Source: Escherichia phage PP01
Strand: one strand, 5' to 3'
Sequence record: NC_054930.1
DNA: 64,000 bases
The position numbers and the translations under genes are program-made. Shown in pieces: positions 19,047-28,460 of this stretch (its first letter is position 1; each line of letters opens with the position of its first letter). Under the pieces are notes generated by a model. The model saw nothing but the letters and a program-made list of their open reading frames with translations, did not search any database and was not told where the DNA came from.

Positions 19047-19301
19047 CTATTTTATTTCCTCAAGTTCGTTAATCAATAAAAGTTCTCTGACGCTAAAAAC
19101 AAAGAAAAATGTGTTCCCATCAACCAGAGCATGACCGCTAATAGAACACCCTCTGCGGAATTTAGAAACTTCACAATCTAGAACTGTAAAGGGTTTTAAT
19201 CCTATGACTTTAGCTGTGCGTCTATTCAGTTCACAACCACTCGCGAATTTTTCCAAATCTTCTTCTGATTTAAACTGATATTCTCTATTAACTAGCATCA
19301 T
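19047..19301 (-). CDS. small hypothetical protein (61.4 region)
   Basis: 84-aa ORF downstream of early promoter at 19333-19362. Confidence 0.45.
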   Translation of the reverse strand: MMLVNREYQFKSEEDLEKFASGCELNRRTAKVIGLKPFTVLDCEVSKFRRGCSISGHALVDGNTFFFVFSVRELLLINELEEIK

Positions 19302-19332
19302 TTTCTTTTCTCCGCGATTAGCTGATAGAATT

Positions 19333-19362
19333 ACTATAACACAACTCTATCAGCTTGTAAAC
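19333..19362 (-). promoter_or_regulatory. early promoter
   Basis: GTTTAC, 18 bp, TATAGT. Confidence 0.5.
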
Positions 19363-19364
19363 TA

Positions 19365-19607
19365 CTATTTTACTAGCATCAATAACTGTTTCTCTAACTT
19401 GACGATTTTACGAAAGTATCTTTTGCATTGGCGAATCTGCCGCTTCGTAGGGCGCACAGCAAACTTAATAAATTCCACTCGACCAAATGGAGGACTTTCT
19501 TCTGCTGGAATATCTAACACCAATTCCCACGTATCTGCAACAAGTGCTTTGAATTGAGTATTTTTCCTGACATTATACGGAGTAGGTTTAAATAAAACAA
19601 TATGCAT
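19365..19607 (-). CDS. small basic hypothetical protein
   Basis: ORF track 19365-19649; the Met at 19607 directly abuts the dmd stop. Confidence 0.4.
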   Translation of the reverse strand: MHIVLFKPTPYNVRKNTQFKALVADTWELVLDIPAEESPPFGRVEFIKFAVRPTKRQIRQCKRYFRKIVKLEKQLLMLVK

Positions 19608-19608
19608 A

Positions 19609-19791
19609 TTATCCTCGACAATCAACTTCACATACTTTCTTGTCATCAATGAAAGCTTTAATTAATGCTTTATTAACTTCAGCATATTGAGTAGTAGCCC
19701 ATTGAACGTCATCTTTCATCATTGTGATTTCTTTAGTAAACATGCTTTCATTCTTAAACCGCCCCATAAAAACTACCTTTACCAATTCCAT
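19609..19791 (-). CDS. dmd: Dmd-like antitoxin (inhibitor of RnlA/LsoA)
   Basis: 60 aa; position next to gene 41 and size match T4 Dmd. Confidence 0.6.
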   Translation of the reverse strand: MELVKVVFMGRFKNESMFTKEITMMKDDVQWATTQYAEVNKALIKAFIDDKKVCEVDCRG

Positions 19792-19820
19792 AACAATCTC
19801 CCCATTTAACCAACAAGACT

Positions 19821-19850
19821 ACTATACCATAGTCTTGTCAGCTTGTAAAC
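19821..19850 (-). promoter_or_regulatory. early promoter upstream of dmd
   Basis: GTTTAC, 18 bp, TATAGT with TGG; overlaps the gene 41 stop. Confidence 0.5.
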
Positions 19851-21277
19851 TAAAATTTTAATTCATTTGCCAAAGCATCTAACTGAGCTCGAGCCGATTC
19901 ATTTCTTTGATAGCGATTCTGCTCAGCTTGAATCTGCTGTGAACCTGCCACTTCGTTCACTTCAGTTGGAGTAGAATCTTGTTCAATTTCTACCCATTTC
20001 TGATTTCCTTTTTGAACACCCATCAAAAACTTATTCCATTTATTCTTATCACCATATCGTGATTTGATTTGCTTAATTAGTTGTTGTTCAGCAGCTGCTA
20101 ACTCCTCGGTTTCAATGACCGCAAGCATAAAATCGGCTGTTGCTGGAAGACCGGCAGATTCTGCAATATCGCTCATGTTAACATCAGAAGAATCCCAAGC
20201 TTGTTTACCAACCTGTGCTGCGGTCCAAAGAACAGTTTCGGTTTCAACAGCCAGAGCACGCAATTCTTCTGCGATGGCTTTAACAGTTGTGTAACTATTT
20301 TCTGAGTAAACTCTGATGCGGCAAGATTTACAAATACCTAGATAGTCGACAATAATGATTGTTGGAACAAAATTCTTCTTGAGCTTTAATTCATTTAAAA
20401 GCGACCGAAATGTATTAGCGTCTGCTCCACCAGTAGGATACTGTTTAACGATTAAACGTCCAAGAGTAGATTTCTCACGCCATTTTTCCATTTTTCCTTT
20501 ATATTCAGCGTAAGAAATATGCCCATCATCAATGTCATCAAGAGAAACGTCAAGCATATTAGCATCAATACGTTTAGCACAGACTTCTTCTGCCATTTCC
20601 ATGGAAATGTAAAGAACATTATGTCCGAGCTGCAAATAATCTGCTGCCAATGAACACAGACCTAATGACTTACCAACGTTAACACCAGCCATTAAAACGT
20701 TCAGTGTTCCAGTTTCAGCTCCGCCTTTAGTAATTTTATTTAGAATTTTGAGTTTAAATGGAACCTTACGAGCTTTATTCATATAAGATAGCCAACGTGC
20801 TTCGTAGTCATCCATCCAATCATGACCAACGTAGCTATCAAATGAAATTGATAATGCTTGGCGCATGATGTCAGGAATAGCACCTACATCTGGCATTTTC
20901 TTATTTCGTTTTTCCGGAGGAAGCTCAGCATTAGTTTGAATTTCAATTATTTTAGATGTGGCGTTAAACATCGCCCTTTGCTGAACATATTTTTCTGTTT
21001 CTTTTACTAACCAGCTATGGTCTTCCGGAGAATCGGCCAGTTTTGAAATAAGTGTTTTTACACCAGAATATTCTGTTTCAGTAAATGAACTATTTTCTAA
21101 CGCAACATTTAACGCATTAATAGATGGAACGCTATGATACTCGTTAACATGAGATTTAATTAATTTGAATGTATTTTTAGCTGGACCACTTTCAAAATAT
21201 TCTGAATCCATATATGGCCAAACTTTTGAAAAATAAGCTTGATCAAATATGAGATGAGAAAGAATAATTTCTACCAC
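19850..21277 (-). CDS. 41: replicative DNA helicase (DnaB-like)
   Basis: 475 aa as in T4 gp41; Walker A GVNVGKS. Confidence 0.9.
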   Translation of the reverse strand: MVEIILSHLIFDQAYFSKVWPYMDSEYFESGPAKNTFKLIKSHVNEYHSVPSINALNVALENSSFTETEYSGVKTLISKLADSPEDHSWLVKETEKYVQQRAMFNATSKIIEIQTNAELPPEKRNKKMPDVGAIPDIMRQALSISFDSYVGHDWMDDYEARWLSYMNKARKVPFKLKILNKITKGGAETGTLNVLMAGVNVGKSLGLCSLAADYLQLGHNVLYISMEMAEEVCAKRIDANMLDVSLDDIDDGHISYAEYKGKMEKWREKSTLGRLIVKQYPTGGADANTFRSLLNELKLKKNFVPTIIIVDYLGICKSCRIRVYSENSYTTVKAIAEELRALAVETETVLWTAAQVGKQAWDSSDVNMSDIAESAGLPATADFMLAVIETEELAAAEQQLIKQIKSRYGDKNKWNKFLMGVQKGNQKWVEIEQDSTPTEVNEVAGSQQIQAEQNRYQRNESARAQLDALANELKF

Positions 21278-21286
21278 ACTTACTCC

Positions 21287-21649
21287 TTAAAAGAATTTAA
21301 ATTTTTTCTTTGACCTTTTATTAAATGCATCTTGTAGTTGCATTGTAATACATTTTTCTACATGAGGAGCTAACTCAGCTTTTCTTTCTTGGTCAAGAAC
21401 AGCAAAGTCCATTACGACTTTTCCATCAACCCAATCTAATTTTGTCACATACACAATGTGTGTAGAACCGTCTTCTAGTTTAATGACAATCTCCTGGATA
21501 ACATTTTCCATGGCAGATTTAATTATCTTAAGAGATTCATTAAAAAGACGTTCTTTTCTTTCTTCTTCCCCCTCCGAAGAGGGGGATTCGTCGATAATTT
21601 CTAGATCTAAATCCAAATCATCTTTATTCATTAAATTCTTCCATATCAC
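21287..21649 (-). CDS. 40: gp40-like head assembly protein
   Basis: 120-aa acidic ORF between 41 and uvsX as in T4. Confidence 0.5.
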   Translation of the reverse strand: MIWKNLMNKDDLDLDLEIIDESPSSEGEEERKERLFNESLKIIKSAMENVIQEIVIKLEDGSTHIVYVTKLDWVDGKVVMDFAVLDQERKAELAPHVEKCITMQLQDAFNKRSKKKFKFF

Positions 21650-22805
21650 TTAACTGATCTAGGTCAGTTTCTAAATCAGCTGCTGATTTACTTTTACTTT
21701 CTGGAGATTTAAATTTTTCAACCTTTGAGTTAATCAATTCATCAACTTCAGCTTCAACAATTTCATTACTATCAATAGCACCTAACTGATAAGCGCGTTT
21801 AATAGCATCTCGGAATGGTTGATGCTTAAATAAAGGACCCCAGAATGTAGTACAGTTGGTATCTTTTGCACGCCAAGATTTTTCTTCGCGAATCATCTCG
21901 CCTGTTTCTTCATCAAGAAATTCACGAGCATACCAGCCATTTTTAGGTTTTACTACAAATCCTAATTCAAGAGCCATATCTAACAATCCAGAATAAGGAT
22001 CGATACCACCGTCAAATTTAACATCAATAAAGAATTTACTTTTTTCTTTAACGGTACGAGATTTTTCTACATTTAGAACAAATTGATACCCCTGAAGATC
22101 AGAACCATCTTTAATCTGACGCTTACCGATAATGAATACAGTATCAGCCGAATACATTACGCCTGTACCACCTGTCATCACGGTTTTACTAAACATTTCA
22201 ATTGTTTCAATTGTGTGGTTAACCGCAACACATGGAATGTTTTTAATACTAAAATAAGGAGTAACAATACGGAATAATGACTTCAGTGATTTAGCACGAG
22301 TCATATCTGCCACAGATTTTTCATTTAAGGCATCTTCCGTTTCTTTCTTGGAAGCCATATTACCAATTGAGTCGATGAATACAATAACCTTTTCACCACG
22401 CTCAATAGCTTCAAGCTGATTCACCATATCAATTTTCAGCTGTTCAACTGACTGAATCGGCGTATGAATTACTCGTTCCGGGTCAACTCCCATGGATCGC
22501 AAATAAGCTGGAGTAATACCAAATTCGCTATCATAGAATAGACAAACCGCGTCAGGATATTTGTTCAAATATGCCGCAACCATAGTCAAAGACATATTTG
22601 ATTTAAAGTGTTTAGAAGGACCCGCGAAAATAGTTAAACCAGACTGCATACCACCATCAATCGCGCCAGAAATAGCGATATTGAGCATTGGAATTTTTGT
22701 ACGGATTACATCCTTTTCATTAAAGAATTTAGATGTAGTCAGTTCAGCAGTCATTTTAGAAGTGGAAGCTTTAATCAAACGGGATTTTAAATCTGCAATA
22801 GACAT
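21624..22805 (-). CDS. uvsX: UvsX recombinase (RecA-like)
   Basis: 393 aa; matches T4 UvsX as recalled; RecA fold P-loop GPSKHFKS. Confidence 0.92.
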   Translation of the reverse strand: MSIADLKSRLIKASTSKMTAELTTSKFFNEKDVIRTKIPMLNIAISGAIDGGMQSGLTIFAGPSKHFKSNMSLTMVAAYLNKYPDAVCLFYDSEFGITPAYLRSMGVDPERVIHTPIQSVEQLKIDMVNQLEAIERGEKVIVFIDSIGNMASKKETEDALNEKSVADMTRAKSLKSLFRIVTPYFSIKNIPCVAVNHTIETIEMFSKTVMTGGTGVMYSADTVFIIGKRQIKDGSDLQGYQFVLNVEKSRTVKEKSKFFIDVKFDGGIDPYSGLLDMALELGFVVKPKNGWYAREFLDEETGEMIREEKSWRAKDTNCTTFWGPLFKHQPFRDAIKRAYQLGAIDSNEIVEAEVDELINSKVEKFKSPESKSKSAADLETDLDQLSDMEEFNE

Positions 22806-22882
22806 TCATTTTTTCCATAGGCATCATTATATTTTCCTCACTGGTTAAAGATAGAGTAATTATAACACAATAAATTTAGGCA

Positions 22883-23731
22883 TTAATCGACTGCTATTGG
22901 ATGAATAGCATTAAACTTATGAAACGCTTCTGATTTTTCTTTGCGCGAAACACACATGCGAAGAACCTTTAATGGCTCGTCTTCTTCACCTAATGATTTT
23001 CGTTTTTCAATATTAGAAGTTTTCCAACGAGCTTGCTCTGGAAACTCTTTATTGATTTGCTCAAGAGCTCTATTATGTTTTGAATTACTACGAATTGAAC
23101 TACATCCGCCTGGAGCTTGTGCTTTTCCAGACACAACCAGATATTTGAACAAAGCCAAATGCGGATAACCCTGATTAATTAAATTGAGAAATGCATACAT
23201 ATCTTCGCATAAATCAATTTTTCCATACCCAATTTGTTCTGTAGTAAGTTTTCCGAGGTCATACCATGTATTCGTGAATCCATATGAATTTTCACGATAA
23301 TTACCCCAAGATGAAGTAATTTTAAAAATAGGTAGACGAGCATGACCGTGATAATACCCGCAATCCATGGCATCTTCAACGTATTGAATCAATTCATAGA
23401 ACTGTTCACGAGTTAATTGATTAATTTTATCTACGCAGCGACGATCATCTTTCTTTCGCATTGAACTCATACGAATAGTAGTATCATCATCAATCATCCA
23501 AATTCGTTGACCTGCATACATATCAGTAATTGCTTTACGAGTTCCAGCAATTCCATTAACATCATCAGGAATAGTTATAATTTTAGCCCTAGACCCGTAA
23601 GCGTCATAATAAGCTTTTTCTTCATGTTCACGTACTACAATATGAGGTTCATAATCAGTCGGAAACATATCAAGGGCAGAAACTGCCCCTACGCGTTGAT
23701 AGCTTGGAATTACGAATTGAATCATTTCCAC
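22883..23731 (-). CDS. glycosyltransferase, GT-A fold (candidate beta-glucosyl-HMC alpha-glucosyltransferase)
   Basis: 282 aa; DxD motif WMIDDDTTI; occupies the beta-gt locus between uvsX and gene 42 but is unlike T4 beta-gt (351 aa). Confidence 0.5.
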   Translation of the reverse strand: MEMIQFVIPSYQRVGAVSALDMFPTDYEPHIVVREHEEKAYYDAYGSRAKIITIPDDVNGIAGTRKAITDMYAGQRIWMIDDDTTIRMSSMRKKDDRRCVDKINQLTREQFYELIQYVEDAMDCGYYHGHARLPIFKITSSWGNYRENSYGFTNTWYDLGKLTTEQIGYGKIDLCEDMYAFLNLINQGYPHLALFKYLVVSGKAQAPGGCSSIRSNSKHNRALEQINKEFPEQARWKTSNIEKRKSLGEEDEPLKVLRMCVSRKEKSEAFHKFNAIHPIAVD

Positions 23732-24462
23732 TCACCGTTATAATCTTTTTTCGCAATATGAGTTTCGCCAGTTTTCCACCAATGGTCAACCAAATAAAAA
23801 TGACGGGAATACACATGAAGGCTCCCGACATTCCATATAATGGAACCTGCTTTATACTGACGAGTTGAATCACCTGCATTCAAATCAGATACTAATTTAT
23901 CTAGTACATATTTTTGCCATGCATAATCATTACGGAATCCGAAGACCACGTCATTTGAACGCATGTTAACCACTGCATTAATTTTCTTATCACGAATCAG
24001 GTACTGTACTGTATTAGTACACATGAAATCCGACATGCCATCTTTATTGTAGTCAAACTGCATGGATGGACGAGTATAAATCATGATACCGCGTCGAGAA
24101 TCAGGATTTTGACCAAGTTCAGCTAAACACATATCATACTGGGCATAGTTATCTTCTGACCAGATGGCCCAACCATAATTCGAGTTAATTTCGCCTTTAG
24201 AAGATGCTACCTGCTGCCAAATCTTCGGCGTTTCACCTGGAATATCTTTAACAAACAAACTTTGAGACTTATACCATTCAAGTTCACGCTGAATGTATTC
24301 ATCATTAAGAGCGCCAAAAATAAAAGGTTCATCTGCTACAAATGATGCACCAATAATTTCAATAGTTTTAACACCGGTTTTATCAATTACGAAATCTTTT
24401 TCCTTTAATGCAAGACCCAAATCAAGACGGATTTCTTCAACTGTCATATAATCGTTAATCAT
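23722..24462 (-). CDS. 42: dCMP hydroxymethylase
   Basis: 246 aa as in T4 gp42; thymidylate-synthase-like fold. Confidence 0.9.
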   Translation of the reverse strand: MINDYMTVEEIRLDLGLALKEKDFVIDKTGVKTIEIIGASFVADEPFIFGALNDEYIQRELEWYKSQSLFVKDIPGETPKIWQQVASSKGEINSNYGWAIWSEDNYAQYDMCLAELGQNPDSRRGIMIYTRPSMQFDYNKDGMSDFMCTNTVQYLIRDKKINAVVNMRSNDVVFGFRNDYAWQKYVLDKLVSDLNAGDSTRQYKAGSIIWNVGSLHVYSRHFYLVDHWWKTGETHIAKKDYNGEWK

Positions 24463-24469
24463 TTAAACC

Positions 24470-24619
24470 TCAATTGATGCATTCATATTTAATTTGTAAC
24501 AGTAATAAACTCCAACCTATAATAAGTGGCGGAATCATAAGAGGAACTGTTACGCTATAGTATATACTTATTATAATCATCAAGATTAAAAGCAATACTG
24601 CTAAAATTTTGCTTTTCAT
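24470..24619 (-). CDS. small hydrophobic peptide
   Basis: 49-codon ORF found by hand (MKSKILAVLLLILMIIISIYY...); ATGA overlap with imm stop. Confidence 0.35.
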   Translation of the reverse strand: MKSKILAVLLLILMIIISIYYSVTVPLMIPPLIIGWSLLLLQIKYECIN

Positions 24620-24867
24620 TCCTTCTCTCTGATGATAATTACTTGATTTTGCTGTACAGATTTTTTAGTTTCACCCGCAATTGACCAAATAAATGTAATA
24701 AACCAACCAATGATTGACCAGTTAAACAGTAAAGATGTGAAAAAGATTCCTACTGTCGATTTTGACCCACGCATCAAGGCGATGAACCATGGAAGCATGT
24801 ATATAATAATAGCCAACACGCCTGAAACTAAAACCATAAAAATTGAACCTGCTACTAAAGTTTCCAT
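24616..24867 (-). CDS. imm: Imm superinfection immunity membrane protein
   Basis: 83 aa as in T4 Imm; two TM helices. Confidence 0.78.
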   Translation of the reverse strand: METLVAGSIFMVLVSGVLAIIIYMLPWFIALMRGSKSTVGIFFTSLLFNWSIIGWFITFIWSIAGETKKSVQQNQVIIIREKE

Positions 24868-24874
24868 ATTTTCC

Positions 24875-25255
24875 TCACTTAGTCAAATTTTTTACGCATG
24901 AATTATAAGAATTCACTACATACTCCATCGGAGCATTTTTACCTGTACGCCATTGGTAATTATTAGCCCAATTAGCCCAAAGCTCAGCGCAGTAGTTTTC
25001 AATTTTTTCTTCGCGTGTAATTACATCTGAATTACGATATGCTTGAGCAGATTCATCTGGGCGAATAGCTTCGTCAAAATTCGCCTGCATCTGTTCTACT
25101 GTCTGTTTTGGAGCTTCTTTATAACACTTGACGTTAGGATTATAAAATTTGCTTGAACAGTTTACAATTTTTCCTACATCAGACTGATTTACTACCGGTC
25201 CTTGAGCTACACATCCAGTAAGACCCAATACAATAACCAAAATAGCGATTTTCAT
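24875..25255 (-). CDS. putative lipoprotein
   Basis: 126 aa; signal peptide with lipobox LTGC. Confidence 0.55.
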   Translation of the reverse strand: MKIAILVIVLGLTGCVAQGPVVNQSDVGKIVNCSSKFYNPNVKCYKEAPKQTVEQMQANFDEAIRPDESAQAYRNSDVITREEKIENYCAELWANWANNYQWRTGKNAPMEYVVNSYNSCVKNLTK

Positions 25256-25265
25256 AATAATTTCC

Positions 25266-25502
25266 TCAAATACAAGTAGTAATTACTCCAGTAGTGCTTA
25301 TGCAGGTATTACCCATTTGCACACCTAAAGATCCATTTGTATTCACATGAAGATTATCATCAATTTTAACTGATATTTTACCATTAGTGTGAATAACGGT
25401 GCTAGATTTAATCACAGGTTGAGTATCATTTTCAACACTAACAAATGGAACTGCTACTAATGCAACTAAACAAACTGCTAAGCATCCCATAACAATTTTC
25501 AT
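25266..25502 (-). CDS. small secreted/membrane protein
   Basis: ORF track 25266-25514 (MENKM); hydrophobic N-terminus. Confidence 0.45.
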   Translation of the reverse strand: MKIVMGCLAVCLVALVAVPFVSVENDTQPVIKSSTVIHTNGKISVKIDDNLHVNTNGSLGVQMGNTCISTTGVITTCI

Positions 25503-25539
25503 TTTATTCTCCAAATCTGTATCAGTAGTTGATAGTTGT

Positions 25540-25569
25540 ATAGTACCACAGAAGAACAGTCTTGTAAAC
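25540..25569 (-). promoter_or_regulatory. early promoter (repeat cassette)
   Basis: GTTTAC, 18 bp, TACTAT preceded by GTGG; about 45 nt near-identical to 52368-52407. Confidence 0.5.
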
Positions 25570-25650
25570 AGTTTTGTGAAAATTTTTTAGGGAATTCTAA
25601 AGGTCCAGAATCATCTGTTTTTCATAAGTATAGATTTATATTACTTGTAT

Positions 25651-25672
25651 GAAAAAGGGACCCGGAGGTCCC
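25651..25672 (-). terminator. rho-independent terminator after gene 43
   Basis: GGGACC-CGGA-GGTCCC stem plus minus-strand T-run. Confidence 0.6.
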
Positions 25673-25685
25673 TAGATTTATTCTA

Positions 25686-28382
25686 TCAGCCAAACAGGAA
25701 GTCTAACGAAGCTTTTTCTTCATAGTCCATACCAGCCGATTCACACATGCCTGCAAGCGGTTTAACAAACGATTTTTGGAACAAAGTTGAGTAGTCAATC
25801 CAAGATAGTACGTCAGAACGAATTTCTTTTGGAAGTTCCGTACCCGATGGCCAAGCAATGCACTTGTCACCAAATGGATTTCCTTCACGTAATGGAAGAA
25901 CCATTACCTTATTTCCATCCAAAATTGGAGCTACACCTAAACCACTAACAGCTCGACGATAAGTTAACACACCACGAATATGGAACGGGCATTTAAATCC
26001 TGGCCAACCTTTATCGTCATATTTCGCTATATCGTTCGCGGTTTTTACTTCAGCAATAACTTTATAGTCAAGTTGACGATATTCTTTCTCAAAGTTCTTG
26101 TAGTATTCTTGGACAGACTCTTCGCCTTCCTGAAGAATACGACGAATACTTTCTTCGAGAGCTTCTTGTACTGCTTTTGGTGTTGAACTCTGCTGAGTTT
26201 CCATACCCATGATTTTTAGATGTGGTTCAGCAAATCGCTTATCTTCCATATCATAAACGTTCAGAGCATAACGCTTTTTCGCTTTCCAAAATCCACCAAC
26301 ACCCTTTGAACCAAGTGGAGGGCAAGAAATAGCTTCACGGTCCATATGCATCAGATGCTCGCGGTTATTCATATAATCACATAACTCACGATATGCAACA
26401 TCAATCATAGGTTCCATCTTTTTCTTACCGAACTGATTCATGAATTCAACTAAATCGTTCTGCTCTTTGAATCGGTCAAGACCTACTTTTTCAATTACTT
26501 TATCTACACAAACATATACCGAATCAGTATCACCTGCTGCGATGAAATCTTCGCCATTAGTTCCGCATACTTTATTCAGATACTCATTAATTTTACGAGC
26601 AATCCACTGAATACCAACTTGGCCGAAAATTGTGATAGCAGTAGCATTTCGCAAATCATAGTAACGGAAATGAATATTACCAAGAGCACCATAAAGACTG
26701 TTAATAAGAATTTTACGGTTCAGCTGATTTGTGTTAGCAAGTGTAGCTGCTTTTTCACATTCTTCGATCAGACTATTAAGAACAGATTCAGTATAATTCG
26801 ATAGTTCATTTAAGAAATCATCACTGAACTTAACATATCGTTCAACTTCAGGTTTAGTTGAACAAGACCCTGCGCCTTTCATAATAATCTTTTTAATAGC
26901 TTCGGCATTCATTTCTTCAGCGAACATTTTCTTTTTCCAATCTTTACGCTGGAAAAATACTTTAGCGATTTCCTTTGGAATGATACCTTCTTGATGCTTA
27001 TCGTACATCCATCCATTCGGAGAACAAGAATATTCATCACTTGGCTTAGGAGCTGTTCCTGCGATATATTCATGAATTGGATGAACTTTAAACTGCCCAC
27101 GAATAGTCTCAGGACTAATGTTAACCTGACGAATAATGCTAGGATACAGAGACGTCAAGTCAAAACTCATAATGTATCGACGAGCAATCGGTTTAGGTTC
27201 AAACACAAATGCACCTGGAAAACTCTGTTTAACGTGCGAACCTTGTTGAGGAATAACCTTATGTTCACCTTTCAGTGAGTTAAAAATAATAGCATCCCAA
27301 GTTTTAATAGGACTCATTACACCAGAAAAAGGCATTTTAGCATAATAAGACATACTTAAAACTAGATCGATAAACCCACGAATTTTATCAATTGCTTGAA
27401 CTGATTCTACGTCAATGATGTTATAACTAATGTATCGTTGATGATTAGTCTCACGAAGTTTATTAATAGGACCATCGTACGGCAATTTACCTTTTTTGGT
27501 TTCGTGCTGAGCAACTGATTCCAAAGAGAATGATGGCAAATTAGTAAATGCGAATTTTTTGTACAAATCTAAATAATCAAGAATAGATACGCCATCAATC
27601 GAATAAATTTCTTTGCTACCGTACATATTTTGAATTAGTTTAGATTTTACTCGACCGATTGGAGAGAAACGTTTCATACTGCGTTCACCTAGAATCATTT
27701 TAACACGATTCATGATATACGGAACGTCAAACCCCTCAATATTCCAACCAGTAAAAATAGCAGGTCGTTTCTGTTCCCAGAGATTGATATATTCCATGAG
27801 CATATCACGCTCATTATCGAATGGCATATAAATTACTCGGTCAAGAATTTCTTGAGGAACTTCATCACCACCTTCACAGTCAAGCTTAGCAGCTAACTTT
27901 GCATCCCATTTTGATACTGAACCGTACATTGAATTCAAAAGGTCGAAAACATAAAAACGATCGTCAATTGAATCGTAATGAGTGATAGCATCAATTTCAT
28001 ATTCTGCTTTCATTGGGTCAGGAAATTTATCACCAGTAACCTCAATGTCACAATTAGCTACACGAACAAATTTTCGGTCATAAACAATTTCTGAACCATA
28101 TGTATCACTAATATAAGCGAGTTTAAAATCGTTCATACCGAGAGCTTCGAGACCGATGTCTTCCATTCGCTTCATCCAATCTCGAGCATCTTTCATTGAT
28201 GGAAATTTTTGAGGAGCGCAGTTTTTACCATAGATGTCTTTGTATTTTGACTCTTCCTTACAATGCCTAAACATAGTTGGAAGATATTCTACTTCACGGG
28301 TACGTTCCTTTCCATTTTCATCAATATAACGTTCAACAATGTTATTTCCGACTGTTTCAATAGAGATATAAAATTCTTTCAT
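25686..28382 (-). CDS. 43: DNA polymerase (family B)
   Basis: 898 aa as in T4 gp43; exo and pol motifs (DIE, YGDTDS). Confidence 0.95.
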   Translation of the reverse strand: MKEFYISIETVGNNIVERYIDENGKERTREVEYLPTMFRHCKEESKYKDIYGKNCAPQKFPSMKDARDWMKRMEDIGLEALGMNDFKLAYISDTYGSEIVYDRKFVRVANCDIEVTGDKFPDPMKAEYEIDAITHYDSIDDRFYVFDLLNSMYGSVSKWDAKLAAKLDCEGGDEVPQEILDRVIYMPFDNERDMLMEYINLWEQKRPAIFTGWNIEGFDVPYIMNRVKMILGERSMKRFSPIGRVKSKLIQNMYGSKEIYSIDGVSILDYLDLYKKFAFTNLPSFSLESVAQHETKKGKLPYDGPINKLRETNHQRYISYNIIDVESVQAIDKIRGFIDLVLSMSYYAKMPFSGVMSPIKTWDAIIFNSLKGEHKVIPQQGSHVKQSFPGAFVFEPKPIARRYIMSFDLTSLYPSIIRQVNISPETIRGQFKVHPIHEYIAGTAPKPSDEYSCSPNGWMYDKHQEGIIPKEIAKVFFQRKDWKKKMFAEEMNAEAIKKIIMKGAGSCSTKPEVERYVKFSDDFLNELSNYTESVLNSLIEECEKAATLANTNQLNRKILINSLYGALGNIHFRYYDLRNATAITIFGQVGIQWIARKINEYLNKVCGTNGEDFIAAGDTDSVYVCVDKVIEKVGLDRFKEQNDLVEFMNQFGKKKMEPMIDVAYRELCDYMNNREHLMHMDREAISCPPLGSKGVGGFWKAKKRYALNVYDMEDKRFAEPHLKIMGMETQQSSTPKAVQEALEESIRRILQEGEESVQEYYKNFEKEYRQLDYKVIAEVKTANDIAKYDDKGWPGFKCPFHIRGVLTYRRAVSGLGVAPILDGNKVMVLPLREGNPFGDKCIAWPSGTELPKEIRSDVLSWIDYSTLFQKSFVKPLAGMCESAGMDYEEKASLDFLFG

Positions 28383-28394
28383 AGATATTCCTTA

Positions 28395-28425
28395 GTTTAT
28401 AGCCCGAGTTATTAGGCTCTTGATA
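28395..28425 (-). promoter_or_regulatory. gene 43 translational operator hairpin
   Basis: Minus-strand AGCCUAAUAACUCGGGCU stem-loop just 5' of the gene 43 Shine-Dalgarno; matches the T4 gp43 autoregulation operator as recalled. Confidence 0.5.
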
Positions 28426-28437
28426 TATTATACTCCA

Positions 28438-28458
28438 AATAAGGGGCCGAAGCCCCCT
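28438..28458 (-). terminator. terminator hairpin after regA
   Basis: GGGGC-CGAA-GCCCC stem with TTATTT on the minus strand. Confidence 0.5.
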
Positions 28459-28460
28459 GC

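Noticed and set aside
22840-22880. Promoter upstream of uvsX (ATTATA at 22859-22864)
   Set aside because: A -10-like hexamer is present but no GTTTAC-type -35 at the expected spacing.
28429-28458. Early promoter overlapping the regA terminator hairpin
   Set aside because: A TATAAT-like hexamer is present but the position of the -35 is occupied by the GC hairpin with no GTTTAC match.
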